Below, piece by piece: positions 1 through 17,508 of a stretch of 39,115 nucleotides of DNA. How positions within the stretch are numbered: the first letter of the stretch is position 1; the number at the start of each line of letters is the position of its first letter. The notes beneath the pieces were generated by a model, which made no database searches, was not told where the DNA came from, and saw only the letters and a list, made by a program, of their open reading frames with translations. Origin of the DNA: Methylococcaceae bacterium NSP1-2 (lineage in GTDB: Bacteria > Pseudomonadota > Gammaproteobacteria > Methylococcales > Methylomonadaceae). Both the position numbers and the translations under genes were made by a program. The DNA lies in NCBI GenBank assembly GCA_002256685.1, contig NQJH01000027.1, positions 1 to 39,115 on the forward strand, read 5' to 3'.

Positions 1-633
1 TGTCGCACCTGCTTTACCAAGTGAAATCAAGTTGTGTTCTGAATTTGATACTTCACCGATAACAGCATGACAATCAGCCATTACTTTACGCATTTCACCC
101 GAACGCATTCTGATCGTTGCATGTGCGCCATCTTTAGCCACAAGCTGCACCGATGTGCCTGCACTTCTAGCAATTTGCGCGCCTTTACCTGGCTTTAATT
201 CTACACAATGAACTGTTGTACCCATCGGAATATTTCTCAATGGCATACAATTGCCTGGCTTAACAGGCACGGTTTCCGAAGAAATAATCTCTTGCCCAAC
301 TACAAGACCCTTAGGCGCGATAATATATCTACGCTCACCGTCTTTGAACAAAATCAGCGCAATATTGGCTGTTCTGTTTGGGTCATATTCCAAGCGCTCA
401 ACAACGGCTGGAACATCCGTTTTATTCCGTTTGAAATCAATAATACGGTAGTGTTGCTTATGACCACCACCGACATGACGTGTTGTGATACGCCCCTGAT
501 TATTACGACCACCACTTTTGCTCTTTTTAGCGAGCAAAGGAGCATAAGGCTTGCCTTTATGCAATTCATCATTTTTGATGCGTATTACAAACCGTGATCC
601 TGGTGACGTTGGTTTTGACTTTACAATCGCCAT
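1..633 (-). CDS. rplB: 50S ribosomal protein L2, N-terminal 211 codons; the 3' end lies beyond the left window edge
   Basis: The minus-strand frame is open from ATG at 633..631 to position 1. It translates as [34 protein letters not shown]..., ending ...LGKAGAT, which is colinear with E. coli L2. It sits directly downstream of rplW, as in the S10 operon. Confidence 0.93.
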   Translation of the reverse strand, partial: MAIVKSKPTSPGSRFVIRIKNDELHKGKPYAPLLAKKSKSGGRNNQGRITTRHVGGGHKQHYRIIDFKRNKTDVPAVVERLEYDPNRTANIALILFKDGERRYIIAPKGLVVGQEIISSETVPVKPGNCMPLRNIPMGTTVHCVELKPGKGAQIARSAGTSVQLVAKDGAHATIRMRSGEMRKVMADCHAVIGEVSNSEHNLISLGKAGAT

Positions 634-674
634 GCTTTCTACCGTTTCCTATTGATCTTTCACTTTAACTAAAA

Positions 675-974
675 TTAAGCAGCAGAGAATTCTATGTCGT
701 GACCTGGCTTAAGTTTCACATAAGCCTTTTTCCAATCAGACCGTTGACCTAATGATTTGCCAAACCTTTTCTGTTTGCCTTTAACGTTTAAAACTCGAAC
801 CGAGTCAACTTCAACACTAAACATCATTTCTACTGCACTTTTAACTTGTTTTTTGGTCGCTTGTTTTTGCACTTTAAAAACAAATTGTTTATCTTTTTCG
901 GCGGCAACTGTACTTTTCTCAGAAATAATCGGTGCTTCAAGTACACTTGCCAATTGGTATCTGTTTACGCTCAT
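675..974 (-). CDS. rplW: 50S ribosomal protein L23
   Basis: 99-aa ORF with the typical L23 size. It lies between rplD and rplB and overlaps the rplD stop by 4 nt. Confidence 0.93.
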   Translation of the reverse strand: MSVNRYQLASVLEAPIISEKSTVAAEKDKQFVFKVQKQATKKQVKSAVEMMFSVEVDSVRVLNVKGKQKRFGKSLGQRSDWKKAYVKLKPGHDIEFSAA

Positions 975-1591
975 GCTAAACGCTCCTCTAATTGTTTCAG
1001 GGCAGTTGGCGTAGCGATAACTTTATCAGCCGCAACCAATAACACTGGACTCAAGTTAGCAGCTTCGACCACTTCGACATAAGGAATATTTCTTGATGCT
1101 AAGGCTAGATTTTCGTCCACACTATCAACAATAATCAATATACGTTTAGCATCGATCAGTTTTAATTTTTCGTTCAGTTCTTTGGTTTTTACAGTAGTAG
1201 GGATAATATCACTGCTCACTACTAAGCGGTCTTGTCTCAATAATTCAGACAAAATCGAACGAATACCAACACGAAACATTTTTTTGTTTAGCTTCTGCTC
1301 GTAGTTTCTAGGTCTCGCTGCGAAGGCAACACCCCCCGTCCGCCAAACTGGGCTACGAGTTGTTCCCGCTCTTGCACGACCTGTACCCTTTTGTCGCCAA
1401 GGTTTTGCACCACCACCACTCACATCGGAGCGTGTTTTTTGTGCCTTAGTACCAGCACGCGCCCCCGCCATATAGCGAACAACTAACTGATGAACTAATG
1501 TTTCATTAAAAGACTGACCAAAAACAGCTTCATTAACTTCGACTGTTCCAGCAGCATCTTGTGTATTTAAAGCAGGTATTTGCAAACCCAT
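971..1591 (-). CDS. rplD: 50S ribosomal protein L4
   Basis: 206-aa ORF with the L4-type segment [29 protein letters not shown]10 operon order. Confidence 0.95.
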   Translation of the reverse strand: MGLQIPALNTQDAAGTVEVNEAVFGQSFNETLVHQLVVRYMAGARAGTKAQKTRSDVSGGGAKPWRQKGTGRARAGTTRSPVWRTGGVAFAARPRNYEQKLNKKMFRVGIRSILSELLRQDRLVVSSDIIPTTVKTKELNEKLKLIDAKRILIIVDSVDENLALASRNIPYVEVVEAANLSPVLLVAADKVIATPTALKQLEERLA

Positions 1592-1594
1592 AGC

Positions 1595-2245
1595 TTAACC
1601 TTTATTCCGCATTTTCATGGCAGGAGTAATAACTACATCACCACCCTTAGCTCCAGGCACAGAACCTTTCACTAAAATCAAATTTCTTTCGGTATCAATC
1701 GCATGAATGATCAAATTCTGGATGGTGACTTTTTCCGCACCCATATGACCTTCCATTTTTTTACCTTTAAACACACGTCCAGGTGTTTGATTCATACCAA
1801 TAGAACCCAATACTCTATGTGAACGTGAGTTACCATGAGTAGCGTCTTGCATACTAAAATTGTGACGTTTTATACCACCAGCAAAACCTTTACCAATACT
1901 TTTTCCTTGAACATCAACTACTTGACCTACAGAAAAAATATCTAGTGGTAATGGAGAACCGGCAGATAAATCAGTACCTTCGCCATCTTCGAGTCTAAAC
2001 TCCCAAAGACCACGTCCAGCTGTCACATTAGCCGCTGCATAGTGACCTGCCATTGCTTTATTGACTCTTGAAGATTTTTTATCGCCCGCTGCTACTTGAA
2101 CAGCACGATAACCATCAACCTCAATACTTTTAACCTGAGTAACTCTATTTGAGTCAATCTGGAGAACAGTAACAGGGACTGACGTTCCATCTTCACAAAA
2201 AACTCTGGTCATACCACATTTACGACCAATAAGACCTATTGACAT
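1595..2245 (-). CDS. rplC: 50S ribosomal protein L3
   Basis: 216-aa ORF starting [16 protein letters not shown], containing ...[34 protein letters not shown]. Typical L3. Confidence 0.96.
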   Translation of the reverse strand: MSIGLIGRKCGMTRVFCEDGTSVPVTVLQIDSNRVTQVKSIEVDGYRAVQVAAGDKKSSRVNKAMAGHYAAANVTAGRGLWEFRLEDGEGTDLSAGSPLPLDIFSVGQVVDVQGKSIGKGFAGGIKRHNFSMQDATHGNSRSHRVLGSIGMNQTPGRVFKGKKMEGHMGAEKVTIQNLIIHAIDTERNLILVKGSVPGAKGGDVVITPAMKMRNKG

Positions 2246-2263
2246 CTGCCAATTCCTCTACTT

Positions 2264-2575
2264 TTAATTCAACTTTATCTGAACATCAACGCCTGCCGCA
2301 AGATCCAGCTTCATCAGCGCATCTACGGTTTTTTCAGTCGGTTCGACAATATCCAGTAATCGTTTATATGTTCTCAATTCATATTGATCTCTCGCATCTT
2401 TATTGACGTGCGGAGAAATCAAAATCGTAAAACGTTCTTTTTTAGTAGGCAAGGGAATGGGACCTTTGACTTGCGCCCCCGTTCTTCTTGCTGTTTCTAC
2501 TATCTCACCAGCCGATTGATCGATCAATTTGTGATCGAATGATTTCAACCGAATTCTGATAGTTTGATTAGCCAT
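2264..2575 (-). CDS. rpsJ: 30S ribosomal protein S10
   Basis: 103-aa ORF reading [44 protein letters not shown]... Canonical S10. Confidence 0.97.
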   Translation of the reverse strand: MANQTIRIRLKSFDHKLIDQSAGEIVETARRTGAQVKGPIPLPTKKERFTILISPHVNKDARDQYELRTYKRLLDIVEPTEKTVDALMKLDLAAGVDVQIKLN

Positions 2576-2580
2576 ATTTA

Positions 2581-3771
2581 TTACTCGATGATTGACGCAA
2601 CAACACCCGCACCAACTGTACGACCGCCCTCACGAATTGCAAAACGCAAGTTATCTTCCATAGCAATAGAAGAAATTAGCTTAACTTTTACAGAAATATT
2701 ATCACCAGGCATAACCATTTCTACGCCTTCTGGCAACTCAACTGCACCGGTTACGTCAGTGGTTCTAAAATAGAACTGTGGACGATAACCTTCAAAGAAA
2801 GGTGTATGACGACCACCTTCATCTTTTGATAGGATGTAGATTTCTGCATTGAAATAAGCATGTGGCTTAATGGTGTTTTTGTGAGCCAAAACTTGACCAC
2901 GTTCAACATCATCTCTTTTAGTGCCTCTTAACAACAAACCTACGTTGTCGCCCGCTTCGCCTTGATCCAACAATTTACGGAACATTTCAACGCCAGTAAC
3001 AGTAGTAGTAACGGTTGGTCTAATACCAACGATTTCAACTTCCTGACCAACTTTTATTATACCACGTTCAATACGACCAGTTACCACTGTACCGCGACCA
3101 GAAATTGAGAATACATCCTCAACAGGCATCAAGAATGCACCATCCACAGCTCTTTCAGGCAGAGGAATATAGGTGTCTAATGCTTCAACTAGTTTGATAA
3201 CAGATGGCTCACCAATTTCGCTTTGATCGCCTTGTAAGGCTAATAAAGCAGAACCTTTGATAATTGGCGTGTCATCACCAGGGAAATCGTACATATCCAA
3301 CAATTCTCTGAGTTCCATTTCCACCAATTCGATTAACTCTTCATCGTCAACCATATCAGCTTTATTCAAAAATACCACAATATAAGGAACACCAACCTGT
3401 CTTGATAACAGGATATGCTCTCTAGTCTGTGGCATAGGACCATCAGCAGCTGAACAAACTAAAATTGCGCCATCCATTTGCGCAGCACCCGTAATCATGT
3501 TTTTTACATAGTCAGCATGACCTGGGCAATCAACGTGGGCATAATGACGCACAGTTGATTCATACTCAACATGCGAAGTTGCGATGGTGATACCACGCGC
3601 TCTTTCTTCAGGTGCGTTATCGATTTGATCGAATGCTTTAACAATACCACCGTGTAATCTAGCCATTACAGTTGTCAAAGCAGCTGTTAATGTCGTCTTA
3701 CCGTGGTCAACGTGACCGATTGTACCTACGTTGACATGCGGTTTACTGCGTGAAAATTTTTCTTTGGCCAT
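2581..3771 (-). CDS. tuf: Translation elongation factor Tu
   Basis: 396-aa ORF starting [31 protein letters not shown], with the DCPGHADY and NKADMV GTPase motifs. Follows fusA. Confidence 0.98.
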   Translation of the reverse strand: MAKEKFSRSKPHVNVGTIGHVDHGKTTLTAALTTVMARLHGGIVKAFDQIDNAPEERARGITIATSHVEYESTVRHYAHVDCPGHADYVKNMITGAAQMDGAILVCSAADGPMPQTREHILLSRQVGVPYIVVFLNKADMVDDEELIELVEMELRELLDMYDFPGDDTPIIKGSALLALQGDQSEIGEPSVIKLVEALDTYIPLPERAVDGAFLMPVEDVFSISGRGTVVTGRIERGIIKVGQEVEIVGIRPTVTTTVTGVEMFRKLLDQGEAGDNVGLLLRGTKRDDVERGQVLAHKNTIKPHAYFNAEIYILSKDEGGRHTPFFEGYRPQFYFRTTDVTGAVELPEGVEMVMPGDNISVKVKLISSIAMEDNLRFAIREGGRTVGAGVVASIIE

Positions 3772-3797
3772 GAGTTAATACCTTGTGTTATTCAATT

Positions 3798-5888
3798 TTA
3801 TGAAGATTTTTTAATGATTGCTTCTGCTATATGTGCAGGTGTTTCATTGTATTTTTCAAACTGCATACTGTATGTAGCTCGCCCCTGCGTTGCTGATCGC
3901 AAATCAGTTGCATAACCAAACATTTCCGCCAACGGCACTTCGCAGCTAACTATCTTACCTGATGGTGTATCATCCATTCTGTGAATGATACCACGTCGCC
4001 TGTTAATATCACCGACAACATCACCCATATATTCTTCAGGTGTAGAGACTTCGACTTTCATTATCGGTTCAAGCAACACTGGATTTGCTTTTCTTGCACC
4101 TTCTCTAAAGCACATAGAACCTGCAATTTTGAAAGCCATTTCGTTCGAATCAACATCATGATACGAACCGTCAAATAAAGACACTTTTACATCCAAAACA
4201 GGGTAGCCAGCAAGAACACCACTTTTCAGTTGCTCTTGAACTCCCTTATCCACTGCTGGTATATATTCCTTTGGAACAACGCCGCCAACAATTTCATTAA
4301 CAAATTCGTAACCAGTCCCCGTTTCCTTTGGTTCAATTCGTAACCAGACGTGACCATATTGTCCACGACCACCTGATTGCTTTATAAACTTACCTTCCTG
4401 TTCAACTGACTGACGAACTGTTTCTCTATACGCTACTTGTGGAGCACCCACATTAGCTTCAACATTAAATTCTCTTTTCATGCGATCCACAATAATTTCA
4501 AGATGGAGTTCACCCATTCCAGAAATAATTATTTGACCGGATTCCTCATCCGTATGCACACGGAATGAAGGGTCTTCCTGAGCTAGCTTACTCAAAGCAA
4601 CGCTCATTTTTTCCTGATCTGCTTTAGTTTTAGGCTCTACTGCCACCGAAATAACTGGATCAGGAAACTCCATGCGCTCAAGAACAATAACATCCTTAAA
4701 GTCACATAGTGTATCACCTGTGGTGGTGTCTTTAAGACCAATTGCCGCAGCGATGTCACCCGCGCAAACTGTTTTAACCTCTTCCCTGCTATTGGCGTGC
4801 ATCTGTACGATACGACCGACGCGCTCTCGTTTCATTTTAACAGAATTATAAATGCTATCACCAGAACTGAGTATGCCAGAATACACTCTGAAGAAAGTCA
4901 ATGTGCCAAAAGGATCAGAAACTATCTTAAACGCTAATGCCGAAAAAGGTTCGTTGTCATCCGCATGTCGATACGACTCTGTCTCGCCATCTTCAAGTAC
5001 ACCTGAGATAGCCTTAACATCAGTCGGTGCTGGCATATATTCAACAACAGCATCTAGCATTGCTTGAACGCCTTTGTTTTTAAAGGCTGAACCACAAAAA
5101 GCGGGGACTATTCGATTCGCTATTGTTTGAATACGAATACCGCATCTTATTTCTTCATTCGTCAAAACACCTTCTTCAAGATATTTTTCGGTAAATTCTT
5201 CACTCGCTTCAGCTGCCGCCTCAACAATATATTCCCGCCATTTTTCACAGAGTGCCTGCATAGTGACTGGAATTTCCTTTTCCTGAAAAGTCATACCCAT
5301 ATTGGCTTCATCCCAATAGATAGCTTTCATTTTAATGAGATCAACAACCCCTTCAAAACTATCTTCAGCACCAATAGGTAACTGCATGGGTATAGCATTG
5401 CCGCCTAAACGCGTCTTAATCTGCTCAATGACTCTTAGAAAGTCAGCACCAGAGCGATCCATTTTATTAACAAAGACCAATCTAGGCACATGATACTTAT
5501 CGGCTTGTCGCCACACCGTTTCCGATTGTGGCTCAACCCCACCTACCGCACAAAAAACAGCGCAGGCTCCATCTAGCACACGCAATGAACGCTCAACTTC
5601 GATGGTAAAATCAACATGCCCAGGCGTATCAATAATATTAATACGATGTTGTGGAAATTGCTTCTCCATGCCACTCCAAAAACAAGTGGTCGCTGCGGAG
5701 GTTATGGTAATACCTCGTTCTTGCTCCTGCTCCATCCAATCCATGATGGCTGCACCGTCATGTACCTCACCTATTTTGTGAGATACGCCTGTATAGTAAA
5801 GTACGCGCTCTGTTGTTGTGGTTTTACCCGCATCAATGTGAGCCATAATACCTATATTACGATAATACTCTATTGGAGTTTTACGCAC
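3798..5888 (-). CDS. fusA: Translation elongation factor G
   Basis: 696-aa ORF with [27 protein letters not shown] and NKMDR motifs. Colinear with E. coli EF-G along its full length. Confidence 0.98.
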   Translation of the reverse strand: MRKTPIEYYRNIGIMAHIDAGKTTTTERVLYYTGVSHKIGEVHDGAAIMDWMEQEQERGITITSAATTCFWSGMEKQFPQHRINIIDTPGHVDFTIEVERSLRVLDGACAVFCAVGGVEPQSETVWRQADKYHVPRLVFVNKMDRSGADFLRVIEQIKTRLGGNAIPMQLPIGAEDSFEGVVDLIKMKAIYWDEANMGMTFQEKEIPVTMQALCEKWREYIVEAAAEASEEFTEKYLEEGVLTNEEIRCGIRIQTIANRIVPAFCGSAFKNKGVQAMLDAVVEYMPAPTDVKAISGVLEDGETESYRHADDNEPFSALAFKIVSDPFGTLTFFRVYSGILSSGDSIYNSVKMKRERVGRIVQMHANSREEVKTVCAGDIAAAIGLKDTTTGDTLCDFKDVIVLERMEFPDPVISVAVEPKTKADQEKMSVALSKLAQEDPSFRVHTDEESGQIIISGMGELHLEIIVDRMKREFNVEANVGAPQVAYRETVRQSVEQEGKFIKQSGGRGQYGHVWLRIEPKETGTGYEFVNEIVGGVVPKEYIPAVDKGVQEQLKSGVLAGYPVLDVKVSLFDGSYHDVDSNEMAFKIAGSMCFREGARKANPVLLEPIMKVEVSTPEEYMGDVVGDINRRRGIIHRMDDTPSGKIVSCEVPLAEMFGYATDLRSATQGRATYSMQFEKYNETPAHIAEAIIKKSS

Positions 5889-5914
5889 TGCTACTTAACA
5901 GACTTGTGTACTAA

Positions 5915-6385
5915 TTACCAACGGTAATGAGAGAAGGCTTTATTAGCTTCTGCCATTCTATGGGTATCTTCACGCTTTTTAGCTGCTGAGCCTCTGCTTT
6001 CAAAAGCATCCATCAACTCACCCGCCAATTTGGCAGACATATTTCTTTCATTTCTTTTGCGTGACGCATCAATCAACCAACGCATTGCTAATGCCATGCG
6101 ACGTGAAGGACGTACTTCAACAGGAACCTGATAGGTTGCACCACCTACGCGACGAGATTTAACTTCGACTCTAGGCTGAACATTTTCTAGTGCTTTAGAC
6201 AACACTTCCAATGGTTCACTGTGTCCTTTGCCTTCGATTACATCCAAAGCACCATAAACGATGCCTTCAGCAATTGATTTTTTGCCACTTTCCATAATCA
6301 TATTCATAAATTTAGTCAGCATCACGCTGCCAAATCTTGGATCTGGAATAATCTCTCTTTTTGTAGCGACTCTTCTTCTAGACAT
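5915..6385 (-). CDS. rpsG: 30S ribosomal protein S7
   Basis: 156-aa ORF reading [20 protein letters not shown]...; str-operon position. Confidence 0.97.
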   Translation of the reverse strand: MSRRRVATKREIIPDPRFGSVMLTKFMNMIMESGKKSIAEGIVYGALDVIEGKGHSEPLEVLSKALENVQPRVEVKSRRVGGATYQVPVEVRPSRRMALAMRWLIDASRKRNERNMSAKLAGELMDAFESRGSAAKKREDTHRMAEANKAFSHYRW

Positions 6386-6399
6386 TTCTCATCAACCTA

Positions 6400-6777
6400 C
6401 TATTTGCCTTTAGGGCGTTTTGTTCCATATTTAGAACGACCACATTTTCTATTGGTCACTCCTGAAGCATCCAAACTACCACGCACAACGTGATATCGCA
6501 CACCCGGCAAATCCTTTACACGACCGCCTCTTATTAGAACTACAGAATGCTCTTGAAGATTATGACCCTCGCCACCAATATAGCTACTAACTTCAGCACC
6601 ATTCGTTAACCGGACTCTAGCAACTTTACGCATAGCCGAGTTTGGTTTTTTAGGCGTTGTTGTATAAACGCGTGTACAAACGCCTCTACGCTGAGGACAT
6701 GCCTCCAATGCTGGAACATTGCTTTTTTCAATTTTTTTAGCACGCGGCTTACGAACCAATTGGTTGATCGTGGCCAT
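6400..6777 (-). CDS. rpsL: 30S ribosomal protein S12
   Basis: 125-aa ORF reading [15 protein letters not shown]...[20 protein letters not shown]. Canonical S12. Confidence 0.98.
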   Translation of the reverse strand: MATINQLVRKPRAKKIEKSNVPALEACPQRRGVCTRVYTTTPKKPNSAMRKVARVRLTNGAEVSSYIGGEGHNLQEHSVVLIRGGRVKDLPGVRYHVVRGSLDASGVTNRKCGRSKYGTKRPKGK

Positions 6778-6897
6778 ATTTTATCTACTCCAGTTTACAA
6801 ATTAATTGTCAGATAACTACCGAACCGTAACACAGATACATACGCCATTACAGTGTTTCAATCCAACTCAAAGCCCTATAGCTTATGTGAGCTGAAC

Positions 6898-6926
6898 ATA
6901 TTACTGGTTAATCTGCATTAGGTCAA
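6898..6926 (-). promoter_or_regulatory. Putative sigma70 promoter of the rpsL-rpsG-fusA-tuf (str) operon
   Basis: On the minus strand: -35 TTGACC (6926..6921), a 17-nt spacer, -10 TAATAT (6903..6898). An A-rich tract (ATTAAAAAAATGAGC) lies just upstream, like an UP element. It is about 120 nt upstream of the rpsL ATG. Confidence 0.55.
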
Positions 6927-6960
6927 GCTCATTTTTTTAATAGACTATTTTTAGCCTCTT

Positions 6961-11207
<4,247 letters not shown>

Positions 11208-11430
11208 TTAAGTAATGATTCAAGATAAACCTTGAATTGCGACATCTCTATGTAGCAGAACAGCGTTTTCTAAGCTTACGCTGCTTCAATCCAACAGTAT
11301 TTTGTTTGTTATTTATTCGCGTCAGCCTTCTTAACCGTAGCAGCGGGTTTTACTGCATCGATAGTTTGTTACTAAGACTAGCATGACGCTAGCGGTATGA
11401 AAGCAAAGCATTCCATACCGCTAAATATGA

Positions 11431-14400
11431 CTATTCCCTTTCCAACTCTATATTGACTGCCAATGAGCGAATTTCTTTCAGCAATACATTGAATGATTCG
11501 GGCATACCCGCTTCCATTTTATGATTACCATCCACTATGTTTTTGTACATGCGAGTTCTGCCTGTGACATCGTCCGATTTTACCGTCAACATTTCTTGCA
11601 AAGTATAAGCCGCACCATAAGCTTCTAACGCCCAGACTTCCATTTCTCCGAAACGCTGTCCACCAAATTGCGCTTTACCACCTAACGGTTGTTGTGTAAC
11701 TAAACTGTAAGGACCAGTAGAACGGGCGTGCATTTTGTCATCCACTAAATGGTTTAGTTTCAACATATACATATAGCCAACTGTGACTTCACGCTCAAAT
11801 GGTTCGCCGGTTAAGCCGTCAAACAACTGGACTTGTCCATGTTCTGGTAAATCTGCCAATCGTAACATCGTGCGAATTTCGTCTTCACTGGCACCATCAA
11901 AAACAGGTGATGCCATTGGCACCCCCGCCACTAAGTTAGCCGCCATTTCTAAGATTTCTTTATCAGTAAAAGAGTCCAAGTCTTCTTTGCGACCACTACC
12001 GTTATAAATCTTATCCAGATATTCTCTGATAGCAGTGACCTTCGCTTTTTCTTGATCATACTGAGCTTCCAGCATTTTACCAATCTTGATGCCTAAGCCT
12101 TTGGCTGCCCAACCTAAATGGGTTTCCAGTACCTGCCCTACGTTCATCCGCGAAGGCACACCTAATGGATTCAATACGATGTCTACAGGATTACCATCAG
12201 CAGTAAAAGGCATATCTTCAATCGGTCTAATCATCGAGATAACACCTTTGTTACCATGACGACCCGCCATTTTATCACCTGGTTGAATGCGTCTTTTCAC
12301 AGCTAAATAAACCTTAACCATTTTCAACACACCCGGTGCTAAATCATCGCCCATGGTAATTTTTTTGCGTTTAACTTCAAATTTCTCATCAAAATCTTTA
12401 CGTTGTTGCTCAATTTGCACAGCAACCGTTTCGAGTTGAACATTAAGCTCTTCCTCTTTCATTTTGATTTTCAGCCAATCAGAATGCTTGATGCTATTTA
12501 AATAATCTTGGCTTATTTCAGTACCTGCTTTTAGCTGACCTGCGCCTGCTTGAGCGATTTTACCAAGTAGCATTCTGGCAACCCGCGCAAAAATATCTTC
12601 TTCAAGAATTTTTAACTGATCGTCTAAATCTTTACGGTAACGCTTGATGGCTTCTTGTTCAATGTCTAACGCACGTTTGTCTTTTTTAACACCGTCACGC
12701 GTAAATACTTGGACATCAATAACTGTACCTTCAATACTACCCGGCACGCGCAATGATGTATCTTTTACATCAGCCGCTTTTTCACCAAAAATAGCGCGTA
12801 ACAGTTTTTCTTCTGGAGTCAGTTGCGTTTCGCCTTTAGGCGTTACTTTACCAACTAGAATATCGCCACCTTTAACTTCAGCACCAACATAAACAATACC
12901 TGACTCATCCAATTTGGATAAGGCTTCTTCGCTGACATTAGGAATATCAGCAGTAATTTCTTCTGGGCTGTGTTTAGTATCACGCGCCACACAGGTTTTT
13001 TCTTCGATATGAATCGTGGTAAAACGATCTTCTTTCACTACGCGCTCAGAGACTAAAATCGAGTCTTCGAAGTTGTAGCCATTCCACGGCATGAACGCCA
13101 CTAGCATATTCTGCCCTAGTGCCAATTCACCCATATCGGTTGAAGGACCGTCCGCCATAATATCGCCAGCACGCACAATATCGCCTGGTTTAACTAATGG
13201 CTTTTGATTAATACAAGTATTTTGGTTAGAACGTGTATATTTAATTAAGTTATAAATATCAACGCCTGATGTCCCTGTCTCAGTTTCCGTATCATTGACA
13301 CGTACCACAATACGCGCCGCATCAACGGCTTCAATTTTACCGCCACGCGTCGCAACTACCGTTACGCCAGAGTCTTTTGCTACCGTTCTTTCCATGCCTG
13401 TACCGACTAATGGCTTTTCAGCTCTTAGTGTTGGTACCGCTTGACGCTGCATGTTAGAACCCATTAACGCGCGGTTCGCGTCATCATGTTCTAGGAACGG
13501 AATAATAGACGCAGCCACCGAAACGATTTGCTTAGATGATACGTCCATATACTGCACAGTATCTGACATTGCCAACGCAAATTCATCTTTATGGCGACAA
13601 GACACTAAACCATCTACAAGTTTACCCTCTGTATTAACAGGTACACTGGCCTGCGCAATAACAAATTCACCTTCTTCAATAGCAGATAAATAATCCACTT
13701 GATCGGTTACTTTGCCATCAACGACTTTACGATACGGCGTTTCTAAGAAACCGTAATTGTTAGTACGCGCATAAACCGACAGCGAGTTAATCAAACCAAT
13801 GTTTGGTCCTTCAGGCGTTTCAATCGGACACACACGACCGTAATGGGTTGCGTGTACGTCTCGCACTTCAAAGCCTGCGCGTTCTCTGGCTAAACCACCG
13901 GGTCCTAAAGCAGATACACGGCGTTTATGAGTCACTTGGGATAATGGATTATTTTGATCCATAAACTGTGACAATTGGCTAGAACCAAAGAATTCTTTAA
14001 CTGCCGCCGAAACTGGCTTGGCATTAATGATTTCTTGTGGCACTAAACCTTCTGAATCAGCCAAGGTTAAACGTTCTTTAACCGCTCTTTCGACTCTCAC
14101 TAAGCCAACACGGAATTGGTTTTCAATCATTTCACCGACTGAACGTACCCGTCTATTACCTAAATGATCAATGTCATCAACTACGCCATTACCATTACGA
14201 ATTTTTATCAGTTCTTTAAGAACATCAATAATATCTTCTTTAGTTAGCGTACCTGTGCCGACAATTTCCTCTCTACCTAAACGACGGTTAAATTTCATCC
14301 GTCCAACAGTAGATAAGTCGTATCTTTCATCAGTAAAGAATAGGTTTTGGAATAAATTTTCCGCAGATTCTTTAGTAGGAGGTTCGCCAGGACGCATCAT

Positions 14401-15522
14401 GCGATAGATTTCAACTAACGCCTCTAGTGCGTTGGTCGTATTGTCTATGCGCATTGCATTGGAAATGTAAGGACCATTATCCAAGTCGTTGACAAACAGG
14501 GTACTCAGTTCGGTAATGTCGCTGTCGATACAACGATCAATTAACACCTCAGTCAGCTCATCGTTGACGTTAGCGATTAATTCGCCAGTGCTTTGGTCAA
14601 TCAGGTTATGACCAAGGATTTTACCGACTAAGTAAGATCTGGGAACTTCCACTTGGGTTAAACCCACTTTGTTCATCTCACGGATATGCTTAGAGGTAAT
14701 CCGTCGTCCTTCTTCAACCAGAACTTGATCATTATTTTTAATATCAAATGCTGCGATTTCGCCACGCATTCTTTCTGGAATGATGTGGAACAAACACTTA
14801 TCAGCACTTAAGGTGAATTTATTGGTCTCGAAGAATATCTTTATCATATCTTCGTTATCGTAGCCCAAGCCTCTTAAAAGAATAGTGGCGGGGATTTTTC
14901 TACGACGATCGATACGCACATAAACGCAGTCTTTGTGATCAAATTCAAAATCTAACCAAGAACCACGATAAGGAATGACACGCGCATTAAACAGCAGTTT
15001 ACCTGATGAGTGGGTTTTGCCTTTATCATGGTCAAAAAACACACCCGGTGAACGGTGTAATTGCGACACAATAACGCGTTCAGTGCCATTGATAACAAAC
15101 GTGCCGTTATCGGTCATTAAGGGCAGTTCACCCATATAGACTTCTTGCTCACGAATGTCTTTAACGACTTTGGCATGAACAGCCGCTTCTTTATCGTAGA
15201 TAACCAGTCGCACCAACACGCGCAAAGGCGCGGCATAAGTCGCTCCTCGCTGTTGACACTCTCTGACATCAAATAAAGGTTCGCCTAATCTATACCTGAC
15301 ATATTCCAATACGGCATAGCCTGAATGGCTTTCAATCGGAAATACGCTAGAAAATGCCGCATGTAAGCCAGTATCGGTGCGCTTTTCTGGCGTAACACCG
15401 GATTGTAAAAAACTGGCATAAGAGTCTATTTGCGTTGCTAAAAGATACGGGACATCAAGCACCTCAGTGCTTTTCCCAAAGTTGTTTCGTATACGCTTTT
15501 TTTCGGTAAAAGAGTAGGACAT
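11431..15522 (-). CDS. rpoB: DNA-directed RNA polymerase subunit beta
   Basis: The ORF is open from 15546, but [17 protein letters not shown] at 15522 matches the conserved beta N-terminus (E. coli MVYSYTEKKRIRKDFGK) and is preceded by GGAAG. The rest is colinear through ...[32 protein letters not shown]... Confidence 0.97.
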   Translation of the reverse strand: MSYSFTEKKRIRNNFGKSTEVLDVPYLLATQIDSYASFLQSGVTPEKRTDTGLHAAFSSVFPIESHSGYAVLEYVRYRLGEPLFDVRECQQRGATYAAPLRVLVRLVIYDKEAAVHAKVVKDIREQEVYMGELPLMTDNGTFVINGTERVIVSQLHRSPGVFFDHDKGKTHSSGKLLFNARVIPYRGSWLDFEFDHKDCVYVRIDRRRKIPATILLRGLGYDNEDMIKIFFETNKFTLSADKCLFHIIPERMRGEIAAFDIKNNDQVLVEEGRRITSKHIREMNKVGLTQVEVPRSYLVGKILGHNLIDQSTGELIANVNDELTEVLIDRCIDSDITELSTLFVNDLDNGPYISNAMRIDNTTNALEALVEIYRMMRPGEPPTKESAENLFQNLFFTDERYDLSTVGRMKFNRRLGREEIVGTGTLTKEDIIDVLKELIKIRNGNGVVDDIDHLGNRRVRSVGEMIENQFRVGLVRVERAVKERLTLADSEGLVPQEIINAKPVSAAVKEFFGSSQLSQFMDQNNPLSQVTHKRRVSALGPGGLARERAGFEVRDVHATHYGRVCPIETPEGPNIGLINSLSVYARTNNYGFLETPYRKVVDGKVTDQVDYLSAIEEGEFVIAQASVPVNTEGKLVDGLVSCRHKDEFALAMSDTVQYMDVSSKQIVSVAASIIPFLEHDDANRALMGSNMQRQAVPTLRAEKPLVGTGMERTVAKDSGVTVVATRGGKIEAVDAARIVVRVNDTETETGTSGVDIYNLIKYTRSNQNTCINQKPLVKPGDIVRAGDIMADGPSTDMGELALGQNMLVAFMPWNGYNFEDSILVSERVVKEDRFTTIHIEEKTCVARDTKHSPEEITADIPNVSEEALSKLDESGIVYVGAEVKGGDILVGKVTPKGETQLTPEEKLLRAIFGEKAADVKDTSLRVPGSIEGTVIDVQVFTRDGVKKDKRALDIEQEAIKRYRKDLDDQLKILEEDIFARVARMLLGKIAQAGAGQLKAGTEISQDYLNSIKHSDWLKIKMKEEELNVQLETVAVQIEQQRKDFDEKFEVKRKKITMGDDLAPGVLKMVKVYLAVKRRIQPGDKMAGRHGNKGVISMIRPIEDMPFTADGNPVDIVLNPLGVPSRMNVGQVLETHLGWAAKGLGIKIGKMLEAQYDQEKAKVTAIREYLDKIYNGSGRKEDLDSFTDKEILEMAANLVAGVPMASPVFDGASEDEIRTMLRLADLPEHGQVQLFDGLTGEPFEREVTVGYMYMLKLNHLVDDKMHARSTGPYSLVTQQPLGGKAQFGGQRFGEMEVWALEAYGAAYTLQEMLTVKSDDVTGRTRMYKNIVDGNHKMEAGMPESFNVLLKEIRSLAVNIELERE

Positions 15523-15617
15523 ATCGCTTCCAAACCTTTTCATCATGAATTGTTTCTACTGTGCGGCGTGCAACAGGGGGGTAACTGCTGGAGACATAAA
15601 CATTGAGTATTTATGTC

Positions 15618-15652
15618 AAACAGTAAAAGGCCGGTGACACAAGTCACCAGCC
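15618..15652 (-). terminator. Intrinsic terminator/attenuator between rplL and rpoB
   Basis: On the minus strand: GGCTGGTGAC-TTGT-GTCACCGGCC, a 10-bp stem with one G.U pair, followed by TTTTACTGTTT. It lies 40 nt after the rplL stop. E. coli has a partial terminator at the same position in the rplJL-rpoBC operon. Confidence 0.6.
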
Positions 15653-15692
15653 CTACTTACCAAGGCATAAGCCTTAGAGTGTGTCAACGATA

Positions 15693-16061
15693 TTATTTAA
15701 CGTCGACAGTCGCGCCTGCTTCTAACAGTTGCTTTTTAATATCTTCTGCTTCTGCTTTAGGAATACCTTCTTTCAGAACAGTTGGCGCGCCTTCAACAGC
15801 GTCTTTCGCTTCTTTCAAGCCTAAGCCTGTGATACCGCGAACTGTTTTAATAACAGCTACTTTATTTTCGCCAAAGCCAGTCAGAATAACATCAAATTCT
15901 GTTTGTTCTTCAACTGCAGCAGCAGCAGCGGCAGGTGCAGCTGCAACAGCAGCAGCGGCAGATACGCCGAATTTTTCTTCCATCGCTGAAATTAAATCAA
16001 CGATTTCCATAACGGTCATATTGGAGACTGCTTCCAAAATGTCTTCTTTTGATATTGCCAT
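15693..16061 (-). CDS. rplL: 50S ribosomal protein L7/L12
   Basis: 122-aa ORF with an Ala-rich hinge ([18 protein letters not shown]) and the C-terminal domain ...[27 protein letters not shown]... Confidence 0.97.
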   Translation of the reverse strand: MAISKEDILEAVSNMTVMEIVDLISAMEEKFGVSAAAAVAAAPAAAAAAVEEQTEFDVILTGFGENKVAVIKTVRGITGLGLKEAKDAVEGAPTVLKEGIPKAEAEDIKKQLLEAGATVDVK

Positions 16062-16125
16062 TGTGAGTTTCTCTAAAATAATAGTTGTAAACCGCCAATA
16101 TGGCGGGATAACAGGTTTAACGAAA

Positions 16126-16629
16126 TTATGCAGCTTCTTGCTCTTGCATCTGATCGCGAAGTGCAGCCAACGTGCGTGCTAACTTCTCTACAGGTGCTTT
16201 CATAACCGACATTAACAGGCTGATACCTTGATCGCGCGTTGGCAAACTTGCCAAACGAGCTAATTCAGAAGCACCATAGGATTGTCCACCAATAGCAACA
16301 ACCTTAGTAATTAATTTATCATGGGTTTTGGCGAAATTATTGATTAAACGCGCAGCACTACCGGGATCTTCCATTGAAAATGCAATTAACAGAGGACCAA
16401 CTAGAGCATCCTGTATACATTCAAATTCAGTACCCGCAACCGCTCGTTTTGCCAGCGTATTTTTTACCACCCGCAAATAAACGCCTGTTTCTCTCGCTGT
16501 TTTACGCAGTTCGGTTAATTCCGTCACTGTTAAACCACGATATTCTGCCGCAACAGCAGAATGCGCTTTAGCGGCATATTGAGCAACTTCTTCCACGACA
16601 GCTTTTTTGCCATCTAAATTAAGTGCCAC
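16126..16629 (-). CDS. rplJ: 50S ribosomal protein L10
   Basis: 167-aa ORF with a GTG start preceded by GGAGG. It lies between rplA and rplL and has typical L10 size and sequence. Confidence 0.95.
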   Translation of the reverse strand: MALNLDGKKAVVEEVAQYAAKAHSAVAAEYRGLTVTELTELRKTARETGVYLRVVKNTLAKRAVAGTEFECIQDALVGPLLIAFSMEDPGSAARLINNFAKTHDKLITKVVAIGGQSYGASELARLASLPTRDQGISLLMSVMKAPVEKLARTLAALRDQMQEQEAA

Positions 16630-16812
16630 AGCTTACCTCCGGTAATATTCTGGGGTTTCCAGATAAATAAAACGCATCCTCTTGGGATGCTTCCTTACGG
16701 TTTCTTTCCCCATTATATGAGTCCAGCCCGTCTACGCAGGAAAATTAAGTTTTTCAACGCCTGCGGTCTTTGACGGTTACCGCACAACGGTAACCCAAAG
16801 TTTTTGTAATGC
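16630..16812 (-). promoter_or_regulatory. rplJ leader region, a candidate L10(L12)4 autoregulatory leader with stem-loops
   Basis: 183-nt untranslated spacer between rplA and rplJ. It holds an 8-bp hairpin (GGTTACCG-TTGTG-CGGTAACC, 16775..16795). A second hairpin, GCATCC-CAAGA-GGATGC (16674..16690), is followed by GTTTTATTTAT about 35 nt before the rplJ RBS. The function is assigned by position, from analogy with the E. coli L10 leader, not from a covariance model. Confidence 0.4.
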
Positions 16813-17508
16813 TTAGCCGTTAAGACTACTTGGATCTAACCACAAACCAGGTCCCATCGTTGAAGATAACGTAATCTTCTTGATATAGATACCTTTAGCA
16901 GCAGTTGGTTTCATTCTTCTTAAATCTGCCAGCAAAGCTTCTAAGTTACCTTGAAGTGCTTCAGCATCGAATGCCACTTTGCCTAATGTGCAGTGAATAA
17001 TACCAGACTTATCAGTACGGTAGCGTACTTGACCCGATTTGGCATTTTTAACAGCGGTAGCAACATCAGCAGTCACTGTGCCAACCTTAGGATTAGGCAT
17101 TAAGCCTCTAGGACCTAAAATTTGACCCAATTGACCGACAACGCGCATTGCATCAGGAGAAGCAATAACTACATCAAAATTCATTTCGCCTTTTTTGACT
17201 AAGTCGCCTAAGTCATCCATACCGACAATATCAGCACCCGCTGCTCTTGCAGCATCTGCATTAGCACCTTGGGTAAATACAGCGACACGAACAGTTTTAC
17301 CTGTACCGTTTGGCAGCACAGTAGCACCACGAACATTTTGATCTGATTTGCGTGGATCTACACCTAAATTAACGCTCACATCAATGGCTTCGGCAAATTT
17401 AGCTGTACCTAACTCTTTCAATAAAGCAACTGCTTCAGTAATTGAATATTGTTTGGTTTTATCAACTTTTGCTTTGATGATTTTCGCTTTTTTTGTTAAC
17501 TTAGCCAT
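16813..17508 (-). CDS. rplA: 50S ribosomal protein L1
   Basis: 231-aa ORF reading [26 protein letters not shown]... Its ATG overlaps the in-frame stop of the rplK C-terminal segment (TAATG). Confidence 0.96.
   Translation of the reverse strand: MAKLTKKAKIIKAKVDKTKQYSITEAVALLKELGTAKFAEAIDVSVNLGVDPRKSDQNVRGATVLPNGTGKTVRVAVFTQGANADAARAAGADIVGMDDLGDLVKKGEMNFDVVIASPDAMRVVGQLGQILGPRGLMPNPKVGTVTADVATAVKNAKSGQVRYRTDKSGIIHCTLGKVAFDAEALQGNLEALLADLRRMKPTAAKGIYIKKITLSSTMGPGLWLDPSSLNG

Noticed and set aside
208-597. 129-aa and 66-aa plus-strand ORFs and a 72-aa minus-strand ORF at the left end
   Set aside because: All lie inside the rplB coding region, antisense or out of frame, while the rplB frame gives a full-length L2 match.
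15914-15962. Short tandem GCA/GCT/GCG repeat tract
   Set aside because: It encodes the normal flexible Ala-rich hinge of L7/L12 and is not a non-coding microsatellite.
15613-16182. 189-aa plus-strand ORF with a poly-Ala run (AAAAAAGAAATAAAA)
   Set aside because: It is entirely antisense to rplL and the rplJ 3' end. The Ala run is the reverse-complement image of the GCN-rich L7/L12 hinge, since GCA and GCT read as Ala on both strands. It has no RBS and no independent support.
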